From positions 4,096,001 through 4,160,000 of the forward strand of contig OY761158.1 of the NCBI GenBank assembly GCA_963664405.1: a stretch of DNA of 64,000 nucleotides, written 5' to 3'. Every line of letters begins with the position of its first letter. Within the stretch, counting starts at the first letter, position 1. The DNA is from Thermoanaerobaculia bacterium. Lineage in GTDB: Bacteria; Acidobacteriota; Thermoanaerobaculia; Multivoradales; Multivoraceae. A program made the position numbers and the translations under genes. Below, in pieces: positions 29,387 to 38,968 of this stretch. A model generated the notes under the pieces. The model was given only the letters and a program-made list of their open reading frames with translations, was not told the DNA's origin and made no database searches.

Positions 29387-30073
29387 CTAGCCGACCCGAT
29401 CCTTCGGCACGACCCGACCGTCAGACAGGTGGATGAGTCGCCGGGCGAGCGCGGCCGCCGCGGGGTCGTGGGTGACCATGACCAGGGTGGTTGCGTCGAG
29501 CCGGTGGAGACTCGACAGCATGTTGAGAACCGCCCTGCCGGTCTTGGAGTCGAGATTTCCTGTGGGCTCGTCGGCGAGGAGGAGAGCGGGCTTGGCGGCG
29601 AAGGCCCTTGCTACGGCGACCCGTTGCTGCTCGCCGCCGGACAACTGGCTGGGGTAGTGGTGACCGCGCTCGGCGAGCCCAACCCGATCCAGAAGCTCGT
29701 CTGCACTCTCCAAAGCACCAGCCTCGCCCTTGAGCTCGAGGGGTAGAAGAATGTTCTCTTTGGCGGTGAGGTGCTGAAGGAGCTGGAAGGCTTGAAAGAC
29801 AAATCCGACCTCTTGCCGACGCCATAGCGCCAGCTCGTCTTCGCTCTTGTCCTGGATCTCGTAGCCATTGAAGATCACTTTGCCGCGAGTGGGGCGGTCG
29901 AGGCCGGCCATCAGCGCGAGCAGAGTCGACTTGCCACTGCCCGAGGGGCCAAGAATGGCCACGAATTCGCCGCTCTCGATCGCTAAATCGATTTCATCCA
30001 ACACTACTAGGGGGCGACCGCCTGAGCTCAGGATTTTGGTCAGCTTGCGGACTTCGAGGCAGGGCACCGGCAT
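29387..30073 (-). CDS. ybbA: YbbA/LolD-like ABC ATP-binding protein
   Basis: GPSGSGKST, LSGGEQQRVAVAR and ADEPTGNLD; ybbAP-tesA context. Confidence 0.88.
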   Translation of the reverse strand: MPVPCLEVRKLTKILSSGGRPLVVLDEIDLAIESGEFVAILGPSGSGKSTLLALMAGLDRPTRGKVIFNGYEIQDKSEDELALWRRQEVGFVFQAFQLLQHLTAKENILLPLELKGEAGALESADELLDRVGLAERGHHYPSQLSGGEQQRVAVARAFAAKPALLLADEPTGNLDSKTGRAVLNMLSSLHRLDATTLVMVTHDPAAAALARRLIHLSDGRVVPKDRVG

Positions 30074-30195
30074 TGGTTGGTACGGCTTGGGCCGCTAGAG
30101 AGGGCTTAGGTGAGCGGAGCCAAAGCTTAGCATTGCCCGCTTCGCGCTCCGCTACACTGCCTGGCGTGTGCGTGTGCCTCCGTTTCCGTGCCGCA

Positions 30196-30843
30196 ATGCT
30201 TCTTCTCGCGCTGGCGAGTGTCCGGGTTGTCTTTGCATCTCCCCAGGTCGTCGAGCTTGCGGAGGAGCCTTCGCCGGTTCGGTTGGTCTTCCTTGGCGAC
30301 AGTTTGACGGCGGGTTACGGCGTAGGGGAGCTCGAGGCCTTTCCGCACCTCCTCGAGCGGGCCTTGAGTGAGCGAGGGCATGAAGTGCAGGTCGTCAATG
30401 CCGGCGTCAGTGGTGACACCACCGCCGGCGGCCTGAGTCGACTCGCCTGGTCGCTTCGCCAGGAGCCCGACATTTTGGTGGTCGAACTGGGTGGAAATGA
30501 TGGTCTCCGTGGTCTTCCACTCGAAATGACGGAGAACAACCTACGCCAGATCGTCTCAGCGGCCGAGGAGGCGGGGAGTCGGATTCTCTTGCTTGGCATG
30601 TTGATGCCCCCGAACTACGGCCCTGACTACACGCAGGGCTTTGCCGCAATCTTCCCGCGCCTATCGGAAGAGCTCGGTGTCGCTCTCGTACCCTTCCTTC
30701 TCGAGGGTGTGGGGGGGCAGCCCGAGTTGAACCAGCCCGACGGAATCCATCCCACCGCCGCCGGCCATCTTATTCTCGCGAACAATGTGTACCCCTACCT
30801 CGAACGCATGATCCTCGACCTCGGGCCCCCTTCGCAACGCTGA
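30196..30843 (+). CDS. tesA: SGNH arylesterase/thioesterase
   Basis: GDSLTAGYG, NAGVSGDTT, ELGGNDGLRG and DGIHP; divergent from ybbA; start uncertain. Confidence 0.9.
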   Translation: MLLLALASVRVVFASPQVVELAEEPSPVRLVFLGDSLTAGYGVGELEAFPHLLERALSERGHEVQVVNAGVSGDTTAGGLSRLAWSLRQEPDILVVELGGNDGLRGLPLEMTENNLRQIVSAAEEAGSRILLLGMLMPPNYGPDYTQGFAAIFPRLSEELGVALVPFLLEGVGGQPELNQPDGIHPTAAGHLILANNVYPYLERMILDLGPPSQR

Positions 30844-30866
30844 CCCGACCTAGAACACGAAGCCTA

Positions 30867-31032
30867 AAAGACCAGCGTTTCCAAGGTTCGTGCTGCATAG
30901 CCCGAGCTCATTCTGTTCGCTGGCCAGGCGCGCCGACGCAGGCATATTGGGCAATATGTCGAGGAGGCGAAACGCCGGCAGCGGGCAGAAGGGGCCGAGA
31001 TATGTGCGCGAACTTTGGAAACGCTGGTCTAG
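30867..31032. mobile_element. Repeat family B copy 1: 166-bp MITE/ERIC-like element
   Basis: TIR (CT)AGACCAGCGTTTCCAA(G/A)GTTCG, left CTAG degenerate; right CTAG contains the mazG stop; homologue at 35251-35494. Confidence 0.88.
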
Positions 31033-31859
31033 TGTCCCGCACGGGGCACTATCGACGCTTTTTCTTCTTCTCTCTTGGCTTGCTCCCAGAGGCTCTCGAG
31101 GGCTTCCGAAGAGACCTCTGTGAGTCGCTGACCGCTTTCTTCGAGGCGTTTTTCGATATGGCTGAATCGAGTACGGAATCTGAGGTTGGTGCGGGCCAAG
31201 GCGGCTTCTGGATCGACATCCAGGTGCCTGGCGAGATTGGAGACGGTGAAGAGAAGGTCGCCGATCTCGTCCGCGACGCGACTCTTGTCCTCTTCGGTCA
31301 TGGCCTCCTGGAGCTCTCCCAGTTCTTCGACCACTTTGGCCATCACCTGTTCCGACGTTGACCAGTCGAAACCGACACCGCCGACCTTTTGGCCCATCCG
31401 GTAAGCAGCGAGAAGGCTCGGCAGCGAGTCGGTCATCCCCTCCAGCACAGAGGAGCCGGGGGCTCTCGTTTCGAGCTTCCTTCGCTCCCACGCACGCGCT
31501 ACCGAGGCAGAGTCCGCGGCAACCTCGTCACCGAAAACATGGGGGTGCCGCTCGATCATTTTGCGGTGAACTTCCGTTATGGACTCTGCCAATCCCGCTC
31601 GCCCCTGCTCTTCGCTCAACCTGCCCAGAAAGGCGAGCTGGAACAAGAGATCTCCCATCTCCCCACGAAGACCTGCCCAATCTCTTCGATCGAGGGCGGC
31701 TGCTACCTCGTGGGCCTCTTCGAGGAGGTAGGCGCGAAGGTCGTCGAATCCCTGCTCACGGTCCCATGGGCAGCCATCAGGAGCTCTTAGCTGCTTCACG
31801 AGGTCGTCGAGGATCTCAAGACTCAGATCTGGGCGATCGCTCACGTTCACCTCCACCAA
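31029..31859 (-). CDS. mazG: Nucleoside triphosphate pyrophosphohydrolase
   Basis: LRAPDGCPWDREQ, EEAHEV, EMGDLLF, RHPHVFG, GFDW and EIGDLLF. Confidence 0.95.
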   Translation of the reverse strand: MVEVNVSDRPDLSLEILDDLVKQLRAPDGCPWDREQGFDDLRAYLLEEAHEVAAALDRRDWAGLRGEMGDLLFQLAFLGRLSEEQGRAGLAESITEVHRKMIERHPHVFGDEVAADSASVARAWERRKLETRAPGSSVLEGMTDSLPSLLAAYRMGQKVGGVGFDWSTSEQVMAKVVEELGELQEAMTEEDKSRVADEIGDLLFTVSNLARHLDVDPEAALARTNLRFRTRFSHIEKRLEESGQRLTEVSSEALESLWEQAKREEEKASIVPRAGH

Positions 31860-32166
31860 ATCGGGAGCCCTAGCCTAATTTCCGGGGCCGAGAAGAGGTC
31901 CCCCGAGCCGGCAATCGCATACATCTTCAGCCGGGCTCGCCGAAGAAGAAATTGCCGTTGTTGCCGCACCCGTTTTCGCCTTGCTACGATAACCTAGGAT
32001 ATTACTGTGGTTGGGGTCTTGGGAGGTGCTGAGTTGGGTTACCGATTCCCTCGTGTCGGCGTCCTCTGAGGCAGAGGTCCTGAGGATGGATCGCGAGGAT
32101 ACTGTCAGCGCACTCATCGTGCCGAGCAGCCAGAACCACATACTACGACCCCCGGCTGGGCAGACG

Positions 32167-33921
32167 ATGCGCACTTTTGCGCGGGGCGGCCGCTGCATGA
32201 CGACGGCTACCTTTCTGTTGCTCGTGCTTCTCGTCGGCGCAAGTGCGAGCTTTGCGCAGCAGGCGACGCCGATCCTGGAGTCAATGCCGCTCACGGTGCC
32301 GGTCAAGAACACCCTCGCGTCCTTGCAGGAGAATTGGCTGCAGTGGGACAGCTCGTTTCTCCGCGGAGACGAGGAAGGCGCGCGAATGGCGACCGAGGAC
32401 CTTCTCCGAGTGGCTTCGGAGCTCGGAATGTCGCGTCTACCCGACCTCTGTTTTGCGATCTTGGCGCGGGCCTCTGAGGCGGCAGCGGGAGGCCAGACCC
32501 AGCGTGCGCGGTGGGCCTTGGAGATGGCGGAGAGTCTCGATCCGGGCCGCCCGGAAACTTCGATGGCGGTAGCGTCGGTGGCTCGCAGACAGGGCCACTA
32601 CATCGAAATGACCTTGGAACAGATGCGTGGCTATCTACGCCTGGCGGGGGAGCCGGTGCTGCTGCGACTCTCGCTCGAGAACCTCCTGGTTTGGCTTCTC
32701 GCCTCCGTGATTCTCTGTGGCGTCCTCTTTGTTTCGCTCCAGTTGGCAGCGTACGGCTCGTCTCTGATCGAGGATCTGGCGGAGCTCGGCTGTCGCGTCA
32801 TGCCGGTGCCTTCGGCCTACCTCGTCGCCCTCGTCGTGGTGATTCTTCCGATCCTCGTTCCATCGGCATGGATCGCGATTCCTTTCTACTGGGCTGTGCT
32901 TCTGGCGCGATACTCCTGGCCTCGCGAGCGCTTTGTGCTCGCCGGTGTCCTAGCGGTCTTGGTGGCCACGCCCTTCTTGCTCGAGGCTCAAGCTCGCCGC
33001 GTTCGGGTGGAGATCTCGGGGCCCCTGCGAGCGGTTCGCAGCCTGCATCAAGGAAGGCTTTACGGAGCCCTGTTCAAGGACATAGAGAGCCTTAGGGAGA
33101 AGCTCGGTGACCAGCCAGCTGTGCTCGAGCTCGTTGGTGATTTGCAGCAGCATCTAGGACAGGCCGAGTATGCGAGGTTGCTCTACGAGGATCTGCTTCG
33201 TAGCGAGGCCGTGAACATCGGAGCTCACAACAATCTTGGCGTCTACTATCTGCAGCGGCACGAGATGGCGAAGGCAATCGAGCACTTCGAGCGAGCGGCA
33301 TCCTTCGATCCAGATCGACTCGAGCCTCCCCACAACCTCTATCTTCTCTACCGGGACTATCTGGCCTTCGAGGAGGCGGAAGGTATTCTGGCTCACATAC
33401 GGAGCTTGGCGCCGGACCAGGTCGCTGCATGGGTTCGGGACGGTGGCCCCGACGCGCCCCTGTTGATGCGTGAGGGCTCCGGTCGGCTGCCTGAGATTCG
33501 CGCCGGGCTTCTGGCCGCCGAGGCGGCTAGCTCCGATGAGGGAGCTATGGCGGCACGATCCTCTCGAATCTCGCCGCTCATCATCTTTGCGGTTCTGGCT
33601 ATCGCACTATTTCTTCTTCTCCTCCGCTATGGATCCGGACGACTGTTCCGAGTAACCGGGGCGGATGGCTTGCAGCGAGTCGCGCCTTGGATCCCCGGTC
33701 TCTCGTCTCTTCTCGCCGGCCATAGCGTTCGCGCCTTCGCGGCATTGTTTGTTCCCGTCTCTATCATCCTCCTTCCGCAGATGACGGATCTTGGCTATCG
33801 GCTGCCCTGGGGGTTCGATCCCGGCGTTTCAGCGGCGTGGCTCGTCTGCGTCTTGCTGCTCGTTCTCTACGTCGCAGCGCGGTGGCTGGTCAAACGGACA
33901 AGGAGCATGAATGTGGTCTAG
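32167..33921 (+). CDS. Multi-pass membrane protein with TPR repeats
   Basis: Signal-like N-terminus, TM clusters, TPR motif AHNNLGVYY...AIEHFERA; start uncertain. Confidence 0.7.
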   Translation: MRTFARGGRCMTTATFLLLVLLVGASASFAQQATPILESMPLTVPVKNTLASLQENWLQWDSSFLRGDEEGARMATEDLLRVASELGMSRLPDLCFAILARASEAAAGGQTQRARWALEMAESLDPGRPETSMAVASVARRQGHYIEMTLEQMRGYLRLAGEPVLLRLSLENLLVWLLASVILCGVLFVSLQLAAYGSSLIEDLAELGCRVMPVPSAYLVALVVVILPILVPSAWIAIPFYWAVLLARYSWPRERFVLAGVLAVLVATPFLLEAQARRVRVEISGPLRAVRSLHQGRLYGALFKDIESLREKLGDQPAVLELVGDLQQHLGQAEYARLLYEDLLRSEAVNIGAHNNLGVYYLQRHEMAKAIEHFERAASFDPDRLEPPHNLYLLYRDYLAFEEAEGILAHIRSLAPDQVAAWVRDGGPDAPLLMREGSGRLPEIRAGLLAAEAASSDEGAMAARSSRISPLIIFAVLAIALFLLLLRYGSGRLFRVTGADGLQRVAPWIPGLSSLLAGHSVRAFAALFVPVSIILLPQMTDLGYRLPWGFDPGVSAAWLVCVLLLVLYVAARWLVKRTRSMNVV

Positions 33922-35254
33922 AGGGACTATCTCGGGCGATGCCGTTCTGCGAGTGCTGGTCCAGGTCTCTGCCCAAAGCTCGACCGGCACCCTCACGGTC
34001 CAGGGGGCCGAGGATGTTCTCGCAGTGCGCTTTCGCCAGGGCGAAGTCGTCGGGGCGGATGCGTTGAAGGAGTCTTTCGAGCGCGGTTTCGGTGCTGTGC
34101 TCGTCGAAGAAGAATTGATCAGCCCGCGTCAAGTGGTCGAGGTTGCCGAAGCTGATGTCCAGGGCACCGTTTACGATCATCTGCTCAACACGGGTCTGGT
34201 CGCGTCCGATGATCTCTATCGCTGCCTTCGTGAGCACAGCTATCGTCTCCTTCTCCGCCTTCTTGTTTGGTCGAGTGGCGAGTTTCAGTTCTACGAAGGC
34301 GAAGTGTCATGGAACAGATCCGTCCAGCCTCTCTCGGTTGAGGAGATTCTGGTTAGAGCGTCGCCGAAGATCGAAAGCTTGGTCGGAGGCAGAATAGGTC
34401 CTCTGACCGACGAGGTCTTGCGCCCCGTTCTACAGGGAAGAGCCCCGCGTGTATTGAGCTGGGATGAATCATCGAGCGTCAATGTGGGCGAGGGTGAGTG
34501 GCTCACGCCGCTGGAGGACGCCCTGCTGCGCTCCCTGGATGGGCTGACGCCCGCTTTGGACTTCAAGGACACTCTCGGCATTGACGAGTTCCGTCTGCGC
34601 TTCGCGCTTCACCGGCTACGTTCTGCCGGTCTTGTCGAGCGGGTTGATGATCTGGCACATGGTCTCGACACCGAGACCTCCGCGCCAGACCAGGCCGAAG
34701 CGGCAGCGGAGGGTGTCGATCCAGGCTCGAGTGGTTCTGGCTCAGCGAAGTTTTCCCAGCGCCTCGCTCGCGTCAAGGAGCTCAGTTCGCTTCTCAGCGA
34801 TCTGAGTCGCGGTTTCTCCTACATCTTGGCGGCCGGGCTTGCCGTACTGCTGCTTGTGATGGTTCTTTGGGGTGGCAGCTCCTCCTACCTCCATCATCCC
34901 TTTCCTTGGCAGGAATCTTCTCGTCAGAGCCTCGACAATCTCCGGGCGACGGCCTCCTATCGCGATATCAGTGGCAAGCTGCAGACGTATCACGTTCTCT
35001 TCGGCACCTTCCCTCTCGACTTCGACCCTTTGATGGAGACCGGTCTGGTTTCGGAGAGAACTTTGCGCGATGCTCGCGGACGAGAGATTGCCTTCGAGAG
35101 CCTGGAGCAGGGCTATGTTCTGGAGCTGAGGGTGCTGGGGGAAGCCACTGGCACCAACCGCCTACGCTTCGACGCCAAGGGCGACTTCCTCCTCGACCCG
35201 GAGCGCACTCGGGTTGAAGATGAGAATGAGCAGCCCCTGTTCGTAATCGACTAG
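33911..35254 (+). CDS. DUF4388-domain membrane protein with pseudopilin-like C-terminus
   Basis: N-terminal DUF4388 pattern (TGTLTV, W..GEFQF), one TM, C-terminal G.FP..F..L...G motif. Confidence 0.7.
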   Translation: MWSRGTISGDAVLRVLVQVSAQSSTGTLTVQGAEDVLAVRFRQGEVVGADALKESFERGFGAVLVEEELISPRQVVEVAEADVQGTVYDHLLNTGLVASDDLYRCLREHSYRLLLRLLVWSSGEFQFYEGEVSWNRSVQPLSVEEILVRASPKIESLVGGRIGPLTDEVLRPVLQGRAPRVLSWDESSSVNVGEGEWLTPLEDALLRSLDGLTPALDFKDTLGIDEFRLRFALHRLRSAGLVERVDDLAHGLDTETSAPDQAEAAAEGVDPGSSGSGSAKFSQRLARVKELSSLLSDLSRGFSYILAAGLAVLLLVMVLWGGSSSYLHHPFPWQESSRQSLDNLRATASYRDISGKLQTYHVLFGTFPLDFDPLMETGLVSERTLRDARGREIAFESLEQGYVLELRVLGEATGTNRLRFDAKGDFLLDPERTRVEDENEQPLFVID

Positions 35255-35494
35255 ACCAGCGTTTCCGAAGTTCGAGTCGCATAGCTCGAGGTCATTCTGT
35301 TCGCTGGCTAGGAGCCTGCAAGGCAGGCGAGTAGTTCTCAGGCGGGGATGGGCCGGAGAACGGGCCGCAGGTCCGTTTTCCGGGGCGAGGCGCGCCGAGG
35401 CAGGCATATTGGGAATCTGTCGAGGAGGTGCAACGCTGCCAGCGGGCAGAAGGGGCCGAGATAGGTGGCGCGAACTTTGGAAACGCTGGTCTAG
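35251..35494. mobile_element. Repeat family B copy 2 (244 bp, carrying a 78-bp insertion)
   Basis: CTAGACCAGCGTTTCC...GGAAACGCTGGTCTAG; colinear with 30867-31032 apart from the insert; left CTAG contains the upstream stop codon. Confidence 0.9.
35308..35389. mobile_element. Repeat family C copy 1, nested in B copy 2
   Basis: Bounded by CTAG and CGAG where B copy 1 has a single CCAG; 60/66 identical to the reverse complement of 46185-46250. Confidence 0.8.
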
Positions 35495-35677
35495 GGGTCA
35501 AGAGGTCGGGGCTCCTCTCCTCCGGGACTCTCCTCGAGCTTCTCCCTCCGCCAAGAACCTCCTCGCCCGCCGCTCGAAAGCGCCTCTTCTAGGACGCTGC
35601 AGCGATCTCGCCCTTTTCCTTCCCACAGGATGGGAATAAATCTTAGCTATTTATTGTCATATATAGTGATGGTAGGA

Positions 35678-35707
35678 CTTGACATGAAAGCACTGAGGTT
35701 CTAGTGT
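35678..35707 (+). promoter_or_regulatory. dnaK sigma70 promoter overlapped by HAIR-like HspR operator
   Basis: TTGACA(35679)-N17-TAGTGT(35702); CTTGACA-N7-ACTGAGG versus HAIR CTTGAGT-N7-ACTCAAG; hspR follows dnaK. Confidence 0.6.
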
Positions 35708-35739
35708 CTGCTTCCTGGAACCCAAGGAGGAGTAACCCT

Positions 35740-37653
35740 GTGAGCAAGATTATCGGTATCGATCTAGGCACGACGAACAGCGTGGTGTCGGTTATGGAGG
35801 GAGGGGAGGCCAAGGTCATTCCCAACGCTGAGGGTAGTCGTACGACTGCCTCGGTGGTCGCCTTTACCAAGAGCGGAGAACGACTGGCGGGCCAAGTTGC
35901 CAAGCGTCAGTCGATCACCAACCCGCAGAACACGGTCTTCTCGATCAAGCGCTTCATGGGGCGGCGCTTCGATGAGGTAAGTGAGGAGTCGAAGATGGTG
36001 CCCTACCAGCTTCATCGTGCGGAAAACGGCGATGTGCGAGTGGTGGCCGAGGGCAAGCATTACTCGCCGCCCGAAATCTCGGCGATGATCCTGCAAAAGC
36101 TCAAGAGTGCGGCGGAAGACTATCTCGGCGACAAGGTCGAGCGAGCGGTCATCACCGTGCCCGCGTACTTTAATGACGCCCAGCGGCAGGCCACAAAGGA
36201 CGCTGGTCGTATTGCCGGCCTCGAGGTCGAGAGACTCGTCAACGAGCCCACGGCGGCTGCACTCGCCTATGGCCTGGACAAGAAATCGGATCAGACCATC
36301 GCGGTCTACGACTTCGGTGGCGGTACTTTCGACATCTCGATTCTGGAGGTGGGTGAGGGTGTTGTCGAGGTGAAGGCCACTAATGGCGATACCCATCTTG
36401 GCGGCGACAATCTGGATCAGCGCATCATCGAGTGGCTCCTGGATGAGTTCAAGAAGGACCAGGGGATCGACCTGGGGCAGGATCCGATGGCCATGCAGCG
36501 GCTCAAAGAGGCGGCGGAGAAGGCGAAGATCGAGCTCTCGACAGCCCAGCAGAGCGAAATCAATCTGCCCTTCGTCACCGCCGATGCCTCCGGCCCCAAG
36601 CATCTGACCCTGAGCCTTTCTCGCGCCAAGCTCGAGCAGTTGGTCGAGGACATCGTCAAGAGGTCGGTTGCACCCTGCCGGCAGGCCTTGAAAGATGCCG
36701 GAATGCAGCCTGGCGATGTCGACGAGGTCGTTCTTGTCGGTGGCCAGACTCGGATGCCGATCGTTCAGAAGGTGGTCGAGGACATCTTCGGCAAGCCGCC
36801 TCACAAAGGCGTCAATCCGGACGAGGTCGTGGCGATCGGGGCCGCAATTCAAGGTGGCGTTCTCGCCGGCGACGTCAAGGACGTACTACTTCTCGACGTG
36901 ACGCCTCTGTCGCTCGGGATCGAGACGCTCGGCGGGGTTTTCACCCGTCTGATCGATCGCAATACGACCATCCCAACGCGCAAGAGCGAGACCTTTTCGA
37001 CTGCGGCTGACAGCCAGACCTCGGTAGAGGTCCACGTTCTCCAGGGAGAGCGCGAGATGGCGCCCGATAATCGTACGCTGGGTCGCTTCCACCTGGTGGG
37101 TATAACGGCGGCTCCTCGCGGTGTGCCGCAGATCGAAGTCGCGTTCGATATCGATGCGAACGGCATCGTCAATGTTTCCGCAAAGGATCTCGGGACCGGC
37201 AAAGAGCAGCGGATCACGATCAGTGGTTCCAGTGGTCTCGAGGAGGACGACATCCAGCGGATGGTGAAGGACGCCGATGAGCATGGCGAGGAGGATCTCG
37301 CCAAGCGTCAGGTGGTCGAGAGCCGGAATCGGCTCGACAGCCTGGTCTACAACAGCGACAAGTCCTTTGGAGAGCACAAGGACAAGCTCTCCGCCGAGGA
37401 CCAGGGGAAGATGCAAGAAGCTCTCAGCGAGGCTAAGAAGGCCCTCGAGGGCGACGACGCGGCCGTGATGGACGCAGCTATGCAAAGTCTCGAACAGGCA
37501 TCGCACAAACTGGCTGAGCACATGTATCAGCAGGCTCCTGGGGGTGGGCCTGAAGGTGCCCCTCCGGGTCCCGGCGGCGAGGGCGAGCCGGCTTCCGGTT
37601 CCGATGATGAGGTCATAGACGCCGAGTTTGTCGACGTCGACGAGTCGAAGTGA
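35740..37653 (+). CDS. dnaK: Chaperone DnaK (Hsp70)
   Basis: [30 protein letters not shown] and C-terminal VIDAEF; AGGAGG RBS before GTG. Confidence 0.98.
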   Translation: MSKIIGIDLGTTNSVVSVMEGGEAKVIPNAEGSRTTASVVAFTKSGERLAGQVAKRQSITNPQNTVFSIKRFMGRRFDEVSEESKMVPYQLHRAENGDVRVVAEGKHYSPPEISAMILQKLKSAAEDYLGDKVERAVITVPAYFNDAQRQATKDAGRIAGLEVERLVNEPTAAALAYGLDKKSDQTIAVYDFGGGTFDISILEVGEGVVEVKATNGDTHLGGDNLDQRIIEWLLDEFKKDQGIDLGQDPMAMQRLKEAAEKAKIELSTAQQSEINLPFVTADASGPKHLTLSLSRAKLEQLVEDIVKRSVAPCRQALKDAGMQPGDVDEVVLVGGQTRMPIVQKVVEDIFGKPPHKGVNPDEVVAIGAAIQGGVLAGDVKDVLLLDVTPLSLGIETLGGVFTRLIDRNTTIPTRKSETFSTAADSQTSVEVHVLQGEREMAPDNRTLGRFHLVGITAAPRGVPQIEVAFDIDANGIVNVSAKDLGTGKEQRITISGSSGLEEDDIQRMVKDADEHGEEDLAKRQVVESRNRLDSLVYNSDKSFGEHKDKLSAEDQGKMQEALSEAKKALEGDDAAVMDAAMQSLEQASHKLAEHMYQQAPGGGPEGAPPGPGGEGEPASGSDDEVIDAEFVDVDESK

Positions 37654-37712
37654 CGAAGGCGGTAGGCGCCGGTGAGCCGGCGCCTACCAGCCCGATCGTG
37701 AGGGCAAGTGTC

Positions 37713-38081
37713 ATGGCGAAGAGAGAACGCAAGTACGTGATGATCAGCACGGTGGCGGAGCGCTTCGACATTCATCCGCAGACCCTCCGCCTTTACGAGA
37801 GGGAAGGCCTTCTTGAACCCACTCGAAGTGCCGGCAACACGCGGCTCTACGACTCGGCAACGTTGGATCGGCTTGAGTTGATTCTTACCTTGACCCGGGA
37901 TATGGGTGTGAACCTCGCCGGAGTGGAGGTCATTCTCCGACTCCGAGAGCAGCTTGATGAGCTGCGGCGGCGAGTCGAGGCACTAGAGGGTCGGCTCCAG
38001 GAGGACGGAGAAGGCTCGGTGACTGTGCGCCGCAACTTCTCGTTGGTTCGCGTTGAAGGCGGCCCGTTGGTAAAGCCGTAG
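37713..38081 (+). CDS. hspR: MerR-family heat-shock repressor HspR
   Basis: ISTVAERFDIHPQTLRLYEREGLL.P.RS.GNTRLY and GVNLAGV. Confidence 0.92.
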   Translation: MAKRERKYVMISTVAERFDIHPQTLRLYEREGLLEPTRSAGNTRLYDSATLDRLELILTLTRDMGVNLAGVEVILRLREQLDELRRRVEALEGRLQEDGEGSVTVRRNFSLVRVEGGPLVKP

Positions 38082-38155
38082 CTCTTGGAGCGGAGGGCCT
38101 TCAATTTCGATCGCGAGCGCCTTCTCCGAAGGCGACCCCGTGCTACGATCCGAGC

Positions 38156-38962
38156 GTGGTTGTTCCCGTCGAGTCGACGGACGTATGTGCCGACTGTGGC
38201 GGTCAGGGCTGGGTCTCCAGCGACGAAGAGCTCGGTCTCGTTCGACGTTGTAGGTGCCGCACCACTCGGGACGTGGGGCGCCTTCTAAGACACGCCCAGA
38301 TTCCTCCACGCTATCGGAATTGTCGGCTGGCGGGCTTTCAGGCATCCGATCACCGTAGCGCCGGGAGAGCGCAGCTGGTGCGAGCGAAGAGTCTCTGCCG
38401 TCGGTACGTGGATGACTTTCTTCGTGACGAGGACGGGCGGCGCTTTTGCGACACCGGGCTGCTTTTTGCTGGGCCGCCGGGTGTCGGAAAGACCCATCTC
38501 GCGGCTGCCGTCCTCGCTGAGCTGATCGAGACTTACCGTGTCCGGGGCCGTTTCGTCGACCTCACCGCTCTCACCCATGAGTTGCAGGCCTTGATGGATC
38601 CGGAATCCGATCGGTCCCGCGGCTCCATACTCCGTCCCATCGAGAGTGCCGAGATTCTGGTTCTCGACGAGCTGGGGTCGCAGAAGTCGACGCCGTGGTC
38701 GAGAGACGTACTCTACAATCTCATCAATCGGCGCTACGCAAAGCGGCTACCGACGCTTTTTACGACTAACTTTCGTCTCGACCAGGGAGCTTCGGAGGAC
38801 GAGTCTCTTGATCGTACTCTTGACACTGGTCGCGCGGAGCTCCTCTCCTATCGGATCCCAGCGGTGTTGGTGAGCCGTCTGCACGAGATGGCGCAGCCCA
38901 TCTCTCTCGATGCGGTCAGTGACTATCGTCGAGAGGTTCGATCCCACCAGCACCAGGGCTAG
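38156..38962 (+). CDS. DnaC/IstB-like AAA+ ATPase with N-terminal Cys4 module
   Basis: CADC...RCRC, IPPRY, GPPGVGKTHLA, LVLDELG and TTN. Confidence 0.85.
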   Translation: MVVPVESTDVCADCGGQGWVSSDEELGLVRRCRCRTTRDVGRLLRHAQIPPRYRNCRLAGFQASDHRSAGRAQLVRAKSLCRRYVDDFLRDEDGRRFCDTGLLFAGPPGVGKTHLAAAVLAELIETYRVRGRFVDLTALTHELQALMDPESDRSRGSILRPIESAEILVLDELGSQKSTPWSRDVLYNLINRRYAKRLPTLFTTNFRLDQGASEDESLDRTLDTGRAELLSYRIPAVLVSRLHEMAQPISLDAVSDYRREVRSHQHQG

Positions 38963-38968
38963 CGGTAG

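Noticed and set aside
35764-36852. 362-aa ORF antisense to dnaK (also 16970-18241, 60670-62049 and 63285-63899)
   Set aside because: Shadow ORFs expected from codon bias in GC-rich genes; the opposite strand carries clear conserved proteins.
38156-38962. IS21 element or prophage replication module
   Set aside because: No IstA transposase, terminal repeats or phage genes nearby.
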